Below are positions 35,421 through 43,752 of a stretch of DNA of 43,803 nt, piece after piece. The stretch is taken from the NCBI GenBank assembly GCA_018167155.1, contig GCA_018167155.1_4332.1; one strand, written 5' to 3'. The stretch is from a phage. The translations under genes were made by a program, and so were the position numbers. Every line of letters begins with the position of its first letter. The first letter of the stretch is position 1. The notes under the pieces were generated by a model. That model saw nothing but the letters and a program-made list of their open reading frames with translations. It was not told where the DNA came from and did no database searches.

Positions 35421-35684
35421 CTATTCCAGAATATTCCTCACGTAATCCTGCAACATGAACACTTTCAGTCTCAGTTGCCGTACGCATTCGGCATTCTGAA
35501 CGTCGATAGCCAAATCCTCGTCAGCGTCGTTACTTGGCGGCGCCAGTTTGCACGGCGGCTGCATCATCGTCGTATCCGGGGATGGAATTGGCGTTGGCGA
35601 CGGCGCGGGACTTGAGCTGCACGCGCTCAGGGTCAAAAGTGCACACGCTGCGACCAGGCGTTTTAATGTACTTAACGACTTCAC
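35421..35684 (-). CDS. o-spanin (Rz1-like outer-membrane lipoprotein), overlapped with the i-spanin gene
   Basis: 87 aa in a different frame; signal peptide with lipobox LTLSAC, then Pro-rich SSSPAPSPTPIPSP. Starts inside the Rz-like gene and extends past its stop. Confidence 0.65.
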   Translation of the reverse strand: MKSLSTLKRLVAACALLTLSACSSSPAPSPTPIPSPDTTMMQPPCKLAPPSNDADEDLAIDVQNAECVRQLRLKVFMLQDYVRNILE

Positions 35685-35916
35685 GGGTAATCACCTCTGA
35701 TTTCGTCTTGCCTTCGTTGTCAGCGGCTGCGGCCTTCGATTCATCCTGCTGCTGCCGTTGTGTTTTCTTCGCTAACTCAGCCTGTGCTTTCTGCTGTTGC
35801 TGCGAAACGAGATTCTCCCGGCCTTCGCCCCAGCCGATGCGGTATTGATAGTAGCCGTGTGCGTATAACAGGATGATGAAACATGCTCCCGCTACGACAG
35901 TTGCTTTAAGATTCAT
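35530..35916 (-). CDS. i-spanin (Rz-like)
   Basis: 128 aa; N-terminal transmembrane segment TVVAGACFIILLYAHGYY, then Gln/Ala/Lys/Glu-rich coiled coil; perfect SD AAGGAG 5 nt upstream. Confidence 0.65.
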   Translation of the reverse strand: MNLKATVVAGACFIILLYAHGYYQYRIGWGEGRENLVSQQQQKAQAELAKKTQRQQQDESKAAAADNEGKTKSEVITREVVKYIKTPGRSVCTFDPERVQLKSRAVANANSIPGYDDDAAAVQTGAAK

Positions 35917-36140
35917 GTTTCTCCTTTCTAGATAAGTAAAGCCCCGCCTTAAAGCGGGGCGCTAGTCCTTATCATTTAAACATAGAAACGGCGTAATCTC
36001 AGTAAACCAGTTACTTTTTACACAAGCAATAGAGTATGGCCCTTCCGAACGCGTCAGCGTAACTACACTCAGGACTTACGTCCCGCTCCGTTACCTGCCC
36101 GCGCCGCGGTCGCTTGTTCATACTTCACAAGCTCAGGTGG

Positions 36141-36184
36141 AGCTTAGCACATTTTCAGTTAAAAGTCAACTATTCGAATAGTTT
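36141..36184 (-). promoter_or_regulatory. Candidate leftward promoter (TTGACT-N17-TAAGCT) abutting a 16-bp perfect palindrome AACTATTCGAATAGTT
   Basis: Minus-strand -35 from plus agtcaa 36164-36169 and -10 from plus agctta 36141-36146; palindrome at 36168-36183. Confidence 0.35.
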
Positions 36185-36235
36185 ATTCCAACATTTACAA
36201 TTGAGCGGAATAACTGGAATAGGTAAATAAATAGT

Positions 36236-36264
36236 TTGCAGACACCAGTATAATAGGGTACTAT
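36236..36264 (+). promoter_or_regulatory. Sigma70-like promoter TTGCAG-N17-TACTAT with AATAG-N4-CTATT palindrome
   Basis: TTGCAG 36236-36241, TACTAT 36259-36264, palindrome AATAGGGTACTATT. Confidence 0.6.
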
Positions 36265-36298
36265 TCAGTTATCGAAGCGAGAGATAAGGGGCTTAAAG

Positions 36299-36535
36299 AT
36301 GAAAGAATTAATTATCGCGGTATTGACGACACTGGCAGTTTCGCTGGCAGTTTCGCTGGCAGTTTCACTGGTAATTGCTGCTGGTGTACGTAGCCTAGAT
36401 AAACACGAGTGTGAGAACTACGGAGATGTCACAGGCAGAGAGGTAATGTATAGTTACACAACTTGTTATGTGAAAACTGATAGAGGTTTTATCCCTCGTG
36501 GAGAACTTAATTTTAGAGCAGCGACACATGAATAA
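36299..36535 (+). CDS. Small membrane-anchored protein with tandem AVSL repeats
   Basis: 78 aa; N-terminal hydrophobic LIIAVLTTLAVSLAVSLAVSLVIAAGV encoded by three tandem 12-bp repeats, then a 50-aa Cys-containing domain; own promoter and terminator. Confidence 0.6.
   Translation: MKELIIAVLTTLAVSLAVSLAVSLVIAAGVRSLDKHECENYGDVTGREVMYSYTTCYVKTDRGFIPRGELNFRAATHE
36334..36369 (+). repeat. Three tandem 12-bp repeats (GGCAGTTTCGCT-like) inside the CDS
   Basis: Directly visible: ctggcagtttcgctggcagtttcgctggcagtttcactgg. Confidence 0.7.
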
Positions 36536-36538
36536 AAC

Positions 36539-36564
36539 TAAGGCCCCATAACGGGGCCTTTTAT
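36539..36564. terminator. Terminator hairpin between convergent genes
   Basis: AGGCCCC-ATAAC-GGGGCCT followed by TTTTAT; identical stem to the element at 38641. Confidence 0.65.
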
Positions 36565-37025
36565 CATTCTGGCTTAGTAACCTTCGCCGCCTTGCTTACC
36601 GCCTCAACTCCATCGGCATCGGTAACTTTAACGAAGTATTCGCCAACGGCATTAACCGTCAGGGACAGGGCCTCTTCCGGGGCGTTTACCACTTCCTTAC
36701 CGTCTTTGTACCAGGTCAGCGCGTATGGCGCTTTTCCAGCCTTAACCTCGACAGTGATAGTCGCGCTGCCGTCTACCAGTTCAGCGTCCTGGGGTTGTAC
36801 GGAGAAATACACATCACCTGCGTCCGCCAGATACGGAATCTCGTAAAACATGCCCGCCGCCGGTAGCGCAATACCGGTCTTGTCTGCAAACGGCATATCG
36901 TCTACCGGTGTACCGAGTACACTTTCGTCTTCAATAAACACCACGTTCTCGCCGGAGCCAGACACGCGGGCATACTGGACTACACGACGCGACGGCACAT
37001 CTGTTACTTTGAAAAAGCCCATCAT
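36564..37025 (-). CDS. Hypothetical structural protein with C-terminal Ig-like domain
   Basis: 153 aa; TITVEVKAGKAPYALTWYKDGKEV is Ig-like. Confidence 0.5.
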   Translation of the reverse strand: MMGFFKVTDVPSRRVVQYARVSGSGENVVFIEDESVLGTPVDDMPFADKTGIALPAAGMFYEIPYLADAGDVYFSVQPQDAELVDGSATITVEVKAGKAPYALTWYKDGKEVVNAPEEALSLTVNAVGEYFVKVTDADGVEAVSKAAKVTKPE

Positions 37026-38070
37026 TATTCCCCTTTCAGATAATCAGCAACACGTTTATCGAGTTCCGCCATCTGCTTAAGTGTGAGCGGATTCCCGAAA
37101 CAATCTACAGATATTACGCGAAACTCTTCTGGCGATATACCGCTGTTGCGGAAAATCTTACCTCGCACCGGGCCGAGGGCTTCATCCACGAACCACGCCG
37201 GTTGTTGTTTCAGGAACTCGTAGTAAGTGGTGTCTGCGCTTACCTGAGTACCTCCGTCCGCACCCTTAGCCGCACGTTTTGCACCTTTATCGAGGAAGTC
37301 GAACTCTGAACTGATTACAGGCGCAGTGGTCGTTCTGCAGTTAGGATGGAAAGGTGGCCTCGGCCCTTTGCCGATTTCGTATTCCTGCCCGTCCAGGCTA
37401 CGGCATATTGTTGATGTACGACTGTCGAGTGTGGCGACGATTTCGTATTTCTCGATGATGTCGTCGTTCTGGCGGTACGTCTCGTTGCGTGCTTCGTTGG
37501 ACACGTGAGACAGCGCAGTACGTATTACCGTAGCGGCGTTACGTTCAGAGATGTCAGCCAGTCCACCAGCGCCTACGACATTCTTAACAATCTGCCGTGT
37601 TGTTTGGCCTTGTACAAAGCCCATCTTAACGCCGGTTACCAGGCGAGCGACTTCGGTTTCACCCCAGCCAGACATCAACTTAGTGAAATCAACCGGCTTG
37701 TCGCTTAGCGATAGCGGTTGAAACTCGGCGGCGGCCCACACCTGTTCGGCGGTAGGCGTAACAAATTCCGCATTAACGTTGGTGGTAAGTGTCTTTACGT
37801 TCCACTCTGCTTCATATGCCGCCAGTTCCTTAAGGTCTTCTGTCAGCTTTGTCTGCCAGTCACCAGTAAGCCCTGTCAGTGCTTCTTCAAGGTCACGTAA
37901 CAGTTTATTCAGTCGCGCTGTGCTGCGACCGTCGTCGCCGAACAACAGCACCTGTCGTTTGATTTCGTCCCGCATTTCCCGGATGAACGGTGTGAGGTCT
38001 TTCACTTCGCCGGATGCGGTGCGTTGCAGCCATATCTGGTGGCTAATTAGGGATGTAAGTAAGCTCATAT
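37025..38070 (-). CDS. Head morphogenesis protein (Mu gpF / SPP1 gp7 family)
   Basis: ORF track 37025..38125; ATG at 38070 after AGGAGGG. C-terminal ICRSLDGQEYEIGKGPRPPFHPNCRTT matches the Mu F HPNCRC signature. Confidence 0.7.
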
Positions 38071-38112
38071 GCCCTCCTGTAGTATCGACAGTGTAACGTA
38101 TAAAAATAATAT

Positions 38113-38141
38113 TTGCAGACACCAATATAATAGGGTACTAT
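38113..38141 (+). promoter_or_regulatory. Sigma70-like promoter TTGCAG-N17-TACTAT with AATAG-N4-CTATT palindrome
   Basis: TTGCAG 38113-38118, TACTAT 38136-38141; the promoter-to-SD sequence is nearly identical to the 36236 promoter. Confidence 0.6.
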
Positions 38142-38167
38142 TCAGTTAACTTAAACAGGAGATGAAA

Positions 38168-38329
38168 ATGGTTACTTTGATTACTTGGGAACACGAAAAT
38201 AGTCAACCTGAAACGCGTGAATTCGAAACTGTAGCGGCTTGCTACCGCCTGGCGTCAGGCGGATTCTATAAATCACAGATTGTAAATGAGTTTGGAGTGG
38301 TGGATTATGAGTTTACGAAACAATCTTAA
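38168..38329 (+). CDS. Hypothetical small protein (hand-called, about 53 aa)
   Basis: ATG 6 nt after AGGAG; reads MVTLITWEHENSQPETREFETVAACYRLASGGFYKSQIVNEFGVVDYEFTKQS. Confidence 0.35.
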   Translation: MVTLITWEHENSQPETREFETVAACYRLASGGFYKSQIVNEFGVVDYEFTKQS

Positions 38330-38651
38330 GAACCACTTGAAGGTCTACGGGCCTTATGGCTTGCATTCATGGAACGGTGGGTATGACGTAAACGATGACC
38401 TGCCGATACGTAAAATAGCACGCGCGGCGCGACGCAATGTAAAGCCGGGTGACGTGCTAGTCATACGAGATAATAATGTCATTGTTGAGGTTGAGAAAGT
38501 TCATGGCATGTTTCTCACAGTAATACCTGTTGATGTTGCTTTGCGTGACGCAAGGCCCTACCGAGAAGCTGGGGGTGGTAAAACTGGTAAATACACATAC
38601 GGCAGGATTGAGATACATAAAACACATCTTGATAAAGTTAAGGCCCCATAA
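38307..38651 (+). CDS. Hypothetical protein
   Basis: ORF track 38286..38651; internal ATG at 38307 after GGAGTGGTGG; 114 aa basic protein. Confidence 0.5.
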   Translation: MSLRNNLKNHLKVYGPYGLHSWNGGYDVNDDLPIRKIARAARRNVKPGDVLVIRDNNVIVEVEKVHGMFLTVIPVDVALRDARPYREAGGGKTGKYTYGRIEIHKTHLDKVKAP

Positions 38652-38664
38652 CGGGGCCTTTTTC
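38641..38664. terminator. Rho-independent terminator between the plus cassette and the portal gene
   Basis: AGGCCCC-ATAAC-GGGGCCT followed by TTTTTCTTT. Confidence 0.7.
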
Positions 38665-38665
38665 T

Positions 38666-40138
38666 TTACTGCGGTTGTTGTTGAGCCGACTGCGGAATCT
38701 CTCCTGATACCTGAGTAACCGCACCCAACGGCAGCGGCGCGTCCTCGATAGCGTTCTGAATATCCTCGTCTGTCCAGTCGATTACACCCGCTTTACGCAA
38801 CGCAGCATAATAAGCAGTAGCGGGTAGCAGGCCGGCGTTAATATCCGCCATCCACTGCGCTCGTTCGGGCGCGGTCATCGGTTGCAGGAAGAACTCCATG
38901 TTAAGTTTAAACTCAATCTCTGTGCCTTCACGCAACCCTAACATCGCGGCTACCCAGCGCAACGCATCGGTGTACGCCATGCTTACGTTACGCGCAATTG
39001 TCGCCATAACAGACGTGTCGGCGCCGCGTTGCAGGCGGGCCGATTCGGCGGTGATTTGCTGCGTCGGGGTGATAAGCTGTGCGCCAATCTGAATGGCCTG
39101 ATTCTCCTTATCCAGCATGTTCTGCTTGGCGAGGTTGTTCTCTCCAGCCTGAACCAGAAACGCGTTGCCGCCGTAACCGATGTTATGGCCTGAACGCGAC
39201 CCCATACGCACGCCGTGGGGGTTGGCTTCTTTCCACTGTTCCATGCTCATGTTCTCGCCAGGGGCGATGAACAGAGTGGGCTGGCCTACAACGAAGCTGG
39301 ATTCCTCATTGTCTGCGCTGTTGCGGAAATGTCCGATATTAAGCTCAGCCAACGGCAGCAAAGGTGCGTCGTCAATGGTTGCATCGTTGTTGCTCGCCCC
39401 AATGAACGTGAACGGGATTTTACCGCGCAACTGTTCGCCGAGTTCCGGGAATATCTCGATTACTTCGTCCTTAGCGCCACCTTCGGCATCGAAGCGGTAA
39501 ATGCGCTGGCGATAACGACCGTCAATCAGGTCAAGGACGCGGTATTGTTCGCCGAACTTTGTTTCGAACTCTGCACCAGGTTCTGAGTATTCCCATACCT
39601 CACGCAGCACGACCATTGTCACACGGTTAACTGAACCGACGCGGGTCAGTCGCCAGTTGATGATGTTCTCTGCGGTGTAGAATGCGATGACCGGGTTTAA
39701 TAATCCTGCGTTCTGTTCGGCTGCTGTTGCCGCTGCTGTCTCCGGCGCATCCACCAGCAAGCCCCCACGCCCCATTGAGTCAATCTCCATTAGCGTGTCC
39801 TGCGCGTGCTGCCACAGCCCGACACCGGAGCCATCAGCATTGCGCAACAGGTACTCCAGTTCAGGCGGGATAATCTGCTCAGGGTCTTTGTGCATCACTG
39901 ACCCCACCATCCCAGCCAGGGTACGTTTAGTGAAGTTGTAGCAAATAGCGCCGTTCTCGTATTCTTCCTGGCGCTGTGCAGCGTAGGTCTGGTCGGGTTC
40001 GTTCTTCCCGACATTTCGAAGATAGCGAATAAGGTCGCCTTCCAGCGCGTGTCGCACCTTCTGCCATTTATTGAAGTGATGCAGCCATTCCCGGTGTTTT
40101 GTCTTAACACCCTGATTCTGACCGTTCATAGTTAACAT
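38666..40138 (-). CDS. Portal protein
   Basis: 490 aa directly downstream of TerL; SD AAGAGGA; call rests on size and conserved TerS-TerL-portal-MuF synteny. Confidence 0.65.
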   Translation of the reverse strand: MLTMNGQNQGVKTKHREWLHHFNKWQKVRHALEGDLIRYLRNVGKNEPDQTYAAQRQEEYENGAICYNFTKRTLAGMVGSVMHKDPEQIIPPELEYLLRNADGSGVGLWQHAQDTLMEIDSMGRGGLLVDAPETAAATAAEQNAGLLNPVIAFYTAENIINWRLTRVGSVNRVTMVVLREVWEYSEPGAEFETKFGEQYRVLDLIDGRYRQRIYRFDAEGGAKDEVIEIFPELGEQLRGKIPFTFIGASNNDATIDDAPLLPLAELNIGHFRNSADNEESSFVVGQPTLFIAPGENMSMEQWKEANPHGVRMGSRSGHNIGYGGNAFLVQAGENNLAKQNMLDKENQAIQIGAQLITPTQQITAESARLQRGADTSVMATIARNVSMAYTDALRWVAAMLGLREGTEIEFKLNMEFFLQPMTAPERAQWMADINAGLLPATAYYAALRKAGVIDWTDEDIQNAIEDAPLPLGAVTQVSGEIPQSAQQQPQ

Positions 40139-40150
40139 TGAATAATCCTC

Positions 40151-41422
40151 TTAAAGTGCGAAAGTCACCGGGACGTTAATAACTGGTTTGCGAATCGGCA
40201 TTTCATATGCAATTGGGTATGTGGTTCCGTCATTCTGGTGGTCCACGCCGCCAGATTTATCCGGTTCGCCGTTCTTGTCGTAAGCCTGTTGCTCCAGGCA
40301 TCGCGCCGTAACTGGGCAAGCCTGTTCATTAATCATGACCATACCAGATTCAAGCGCCTTATTCATCGCCGATACGCGGTCTTTAACCGGCGGGTTTGTC
40401 GATTTAGCGCGTACTTCGAAACCGGCCTGCTGTAGCTGGGCGATGTCTGAGGTACTGGCGTTGTTGCTTTTACGGTTTTTGCCGCTGGCGTCCGGGTACA
40501 TAACGATATAGTGGCCCTTACTTTTCCAGCGTTCAGTTATAGCCCGCACTACATCCGGCGTATCGAACATATCAACCAACTCGGCAACAGCGTGCCACAC
40601 CTTCCCGCGTTGCACGTAAACTGTGCTCGCCATGTGACCTACGTTAAAGTCCTGCCCGATATACAGAGTCTCGCCAGGCTTGATTGTTTCGCGACTACTA
40701 TTTTTCCTGCGGTCGTAAGCGTAGTAGACCGTCCCAGCCGTGAGGTTCACGAACTCGCCGTTGATGTAGGCGTCGATCAACTGACCCGGGTATGTGTCGC
40801 GTAATGACTGCACATAATCTTCTGGCAGGAACGGGTTAGACAGGGTAGATGCCTGAATCATCTCGTAGCCTGGATTCTTTTTTACTACCCAGCGGTCATG
40901 TACGAAACGGAACCCTTCCGGCGTAGTGAACACGGAAACGGTATTAGCCGGTTTCGGCGTAATAGGTTTATACGTCCGCGGTAACTGGCGGTTACGGGCG
41001 ATTACTTTGTTCCACGCGTGCTCAGCGTGTTCCATGTTAAGGGTGTCCAATTCGTCGATTTTTGCACGAAACGATTCGTAGCCAACTATTCGTGCTGGAT
41101 TATCGAGTGTACGCAGGACAAAATCCCCGAATTGTCCTGAAGACGTATATATTATGTTGTCTGACTTGTTGTATTTGTACCGGATACCCCAGTCCGTCAG
41201 CTTCTCTTCCATACGAGGCGCAAGGATAAGACGTACCAGGTCGTAGGTAGGCTCGTACATGGCGATGATAGAATCGCTACCACCTTCCATACTGTCCAGT
41301 AGCGCGGAGTTGCACATAACCTCTGATTTCCCGGTGCCGAAGCCAGCTACGAACGCAGGGAACTTGCAATGCATACCGAGAAACGCGCCTTGCGGTTCTG
41401 TCGCCGTGATATTAACGTTCAC
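40151..41422 (-). CDS. Terminase large subunit
   Basis: 423 aa; Walker A FVAGFGTGKSE near the N-terminus, acidic nuclease-like C-terminal region; GTG start with AAGGTG SD. Confidence 0.8.
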   Translation of the reverse strand: MNVNITATEPQGAFLGMHCKFPAFVAGFGTGKSEVMCNSALLDSMEGGSDSIIAMYEPTYDLVRLILAPRMEEKLTDWGIRYKYNKSDNIIYTSSGQFGDFVLRTLDNPARIVGYESFRAKIDELDTLNMEHAEHAWNKVIARNRQLPRTYKPITPKPANTVSVFTTPEGFRFVHDRWVVKKNPGYEMIQASTLSNPFLPEDYVQSLRDTYPGQLIDAYINGEFVNLTAGTVYYAYDRRKNSSRETIKPGETLYIGQDFNVGHMASTVYVQRGKVWHAVAELVDMFDTPDVVRAITERWKSKGHYIVMYPDASGKNRKSNNASTSDIAQLQQAGFEVRAKSTNPPVKDRVSAMNKALESGMVMINEQACPVTARCLEQQAYDKNGEPDKSGGVDHQNDGTTYPIAYEMPIRKPVINVPVTFAL

Positions 41423-41921
41423 CGGGCACCACCTTAATCGTTACTTCACTGATTGGCTCGTCGCGTACTTCTTCGGCGGCAACTGTTTTATTCAGTCCCA
41501 GCTTCGCAGCAGCAAACGTAGCGGAGATGCCCGCAGCCCCTGTCTCGGTGAAGTATGCCTCTTCCAGCGCCTGTGCTGTTTCATAGGCTTCTGCAAATGC
41601 GGGGATCTCACGCAGCCACAGCTTAATAATCGGGATAGTGACGCCGATGTGTAAGGCAAAGCGGGCGAGTGATGGTGGTTTATCCTGAATCAGTGGGCGT
41701 TCGTCACCTTTGGACGTTGGCACAAGCTCCCACGACGTGCGGTCGAAGAACTCGATTAACGCGTCGCAATAGTCCGGGTCCCACAACGCGGCGGAATTAC
41801 GGGATGATTGGTAAAGGCTCTGTTTACCGCGCGGCCGTCTGCGGCGACGGTTTGCGCTAACAGCTTCTTCATGTGCAGCTTGCACCACCTCTGGCGATGG
41901 CTGCTTGAGTTTCAGCTTCAT
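41412..41921 (-). CDS. Terminase small subunit (putative)
   Basis: ORF track 41412..41960; ATG at 41921 after AAGGGGA; basic N-terminus, overlaps the TerL start by 11 nt. Confidence 0.5.
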   Translation of the reverse strand: MKLKLKQPSPEVVQAAHEEAVSANRRRRRPRGKQSLYQSSRNSAALWDPDYCDALIEFFDRTSWELVPTSKGDERPLIQDKPPSLARFALHIGVTIPIIKLWLREIPAFAEAYETAQALEEAYFTETGAAGISATFAAAKLGLNKTVAAEEVRDEPISEVTIKVVPGER

Positions 41922-42011
41922 AGAATCCCCTTGCATATGCGTCTGACCATCAGAGCGCATCAGACGCGCCCTGCGCGTCTAAAGGGATTATATAAGGGGA
42001 TTGGGCGGGAT

Positions 42012-42040
42012 GTACAGAAAAGCCCTCAGTAGAGGGCTTG
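42012..42040 (-). terminator. Rho-independent terminator ending the right-end early operon
   Basis: Minus-strand hairpin AAGCCCTC-TACT-GAGGGCTT followed by TTTTCT. Confidence 0.55.
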
Positions 42041-42140
42041 TGTCAGTTATATAGGCCGTGTCGTGGTGCTCTTTTGCCATCGCCGCCGTAATGGTCGTTA
42101 GCCACAGCGATAACCCAGGCGTTAGGGATCACCAACAGTC

Positions 42141-42377
42141 TCATTCCCCGCTCTCCCCTTTAGCAATGCGTTGTTCAGTTTTAGTGATACCCCGGCGCGT
42201 GAATAACACAGGGCTTGTCTTAACGTGCGTCATCAGACGGTTGTTATAAATTACGTGGCGCTCGCAGTTCACGTCTTTGCTGTACTTGGCAATCGTCATT
42301 TCGTTGAGGCCAGTTTGTCGGCATGTCTCCGCCATCGTGCCAAATTCTTTAATCAGGTTCGGAATGCTGGTAATCAT
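42141..42377 (-). CDS. Hypothetical protein (possible HTH)
   Basis: ORF track 42141..42401; internal ATG (MITSIPNLIKEFG...) is the likelier start. Confidence 0.45.
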   Translation of the reverse strand: MITSIPNLIKEFGTMAETCRQTGLNEMTIAKYSKDVNCERHVIYNNRLMTHVKTSPVLFTRRGITKTEQRIAKGESGE

Positions 42378-42546
42378 CCTAAGAAATTCCTCGTTGTCCA
42401 CATCGCATTCGGGTATTTGTTATCGCGATCCTGTACCACGGCAATCATGTTTCCGCGTTGCACCAGGCAGAAGTGCCGTTGTTGGTCGCCGTTGTACCTG
42501 CGCCAGATTGCTTCTTCGATTGCTGCGTTGATGTCACTGAACACAA

Positions 42547-42777
42547 TCAATCCTCCATACTTAGTAGAACGTATCCCGGCAGGTAAACCCCAACGTCCGC
42601 AACATGGATAACGCGGCGGTAAACGATACGTCCTGTGTATTCGCCGTTTTCATATTCTCTCAGGCACAGAGTGTCGTCTTCCTTGAAATCGCGGTCGTTT
42701 AATCGCAGTTCTGCCAGCTTGATTCCTGCCATAACAGGCTCAAAATGCTCAGGTAATATCTTTAGTTCGTGAAACAT
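42547..42777 (-). CDS. DUF3850 / ASCH-like (PUA-fold) phage protein
   Basis: 76 aa; MFHELKILPEHFEPVMAGIKLAELRLNDRDF...EYTGR matches the DUF3850 pattern as I recall it. Confidence 0.5.
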   Translation of the reverse strand: MFHELKILPEHFEPVMAGIKLAELRLNDRDFKEDDTLCLREYENGEYTGRIVYRRVIHVADVGVYLPGYVLLSMED

Positions 42778-42781
42778 ACCC

Positions 42782-42964
42782 TTACCCCACTATCTCATCG
42801 CCAAGCCACGCTGTTTCTCGTATATCATCAACCACACAAGCGGCGTGCTCACGGCTAATTGCAAAAATGTAGAAGCTGAACTTCTTCCCGTCGGCGTCGA
42901 TGTGGTTAACCGAGTAGGGTTTCCACAGGACGCCATCGATAACTACTGGTTCAGGCGCTTTCAT
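42782..42964 (-). CDS. Hypothetical protein
   Basis: 60 aa ORF tiled in the early block. Confidence 0.45.
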   Translation of the reverse strand: MKAPEPVVIDGVLWKPYSVNHIDADGKKFSFYIFAISREHAACVVDDIRETAWLGDEIVG

Positions 42965-43250
42965 CTTCTGGCCCGACTACATTGTCGTACAGCGGGATTA
43001 TTACGTCGGCCCCGTTCTTTAAGGCCTCGTTTGCAGTGGTGTAATAGGCCAGTGACGAACCACTCTCACCGACGAACAACCCCGCGTACACGTTCGGTTC
43101 TTGCGTCTTAATAGCCAGTAGCTCTTTAAACGCCTCCAGTTGAAACTCACCGTTAATTGACAGTTGCCCACCTAACGTCTGTTTCTCTGACTCAAGAACA
43201 TGAATACGGCGTTCGAGTGATGCGATTGTGATTTTAGGCATTGGTATCAC
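42951..43250 (-). CDS. Hypothetical protein
   Basis: 99 aa ORF tiled in the early block. Confidence 0.5.
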   Translation of the reverse strand: MIPMPKITIASLERRIHVLESEKQTLGGQLSINGEFQLEAFKELLAIKTQEPNVYAGLFVGESGSSLAYYTTANEALKNGADVIIPLYDNVVGPEDESA

Positions 43251-43419
43251 CTTTGTTCAGGTTAAAGCGGTTAATCAGTTCGCGGCGTGTCTCGTAAAGC
43301 GACTCAACCATTTGCTCCGCTACTGCGATTTTAGTATTAAGGACGTGCATCACGTGCCCGATGTCTACGCCGCCGTTAACAGCCTCTACCATCATCTTTT
43401 CGTATTCGCGGTCAGTCAT
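43234..43419 (-). CDS. Hypothetical protein
   Basis: 61 aa ORF. Confidence 0.45.
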   Translation of the reverse strand: MTDREYEKMMVEAVNGGVDIGHVMHVLNTKIAVAEQMVESLYETRRELINRFNLNKGDTNA

Positions 43420-43573
43420 TTTTACGCTCTCCCCACATGCGATTTAGATACTTATTCTTGTCCGGCCCCGGAAAACTGTTACGTTTCATCAATTCCTCGC
43501 GTGTCGGGAACGGGGTGTGGCTGACTTTACGGCCTACCCGTAATGGTTGGCTTACTTGACCTTGTTCGCTCAT
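43412..43573 (-). CDS. Hypothetical small protein (hand-called, about 53 aa)
   Basis: ATG after AGGAGA, ATGA-coupled to the gene upstream; reads MSEQGQVSQPLRVGRKVSHTPFPTREELMKRNSFPGPDKNKYLNRMWGERKND. Confidence 0.3.
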   Translation of the reverse strand: MSEQGQVSQPLRVGRKVSHTPFPTREELMKRNSFPGPDKNKYLNRMWGERKND

Positions 43574-43719
43574 TTCTTCTCTCCTGCATAAGCTGCTTTA
43601 AGTGCCTGCATCGCCGCGTTCCAGAACGCGTCCGCGGGAATGCTCCCACCAAGGTTGCTAACGGCAATGCGTGCCATCAGTTGCGCGTCTTCGAATGCTT
43701 CGATATCTGTGATTTTCAT
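43570..43719 (-). CDS. Hypothetical small protein (hand-called, 49 aa), first gene after the right-end promoter
   Basis: ATG after GGAG; reads MKITDIEAFEDAQLMARIAVSNLGGSIPADAFWNAAMQALKAAYAGEKK. Confidence 0.3.
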   Translation of the reverse strand: MKITDIEAFEDAQLMARIAVSNLGGSIPADAFWNAAMQALKAAYAGEKK

Positions 43720-43752
43720 CTTCTCTACTCCGTTCTCGTTGTCGATGGAGTA

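Noticed and set aside
35917-36140. Possible tRNA or small RNA gene in the 380-bp gap upstream of the spanin genes
   Set aside because: I could not fold a cloverleaf or find T-loop and anticodon-arm signatures by eye; left as unassigned non-coding DNA pending tRNAscan or covariance-model search.
36334-36369. Possible CRISPR or minisatellite array
   Set aside because: Only three 12-bp units, contiguous with no spacers, and in-frame within a CDS; this is a coding tandem repeat.
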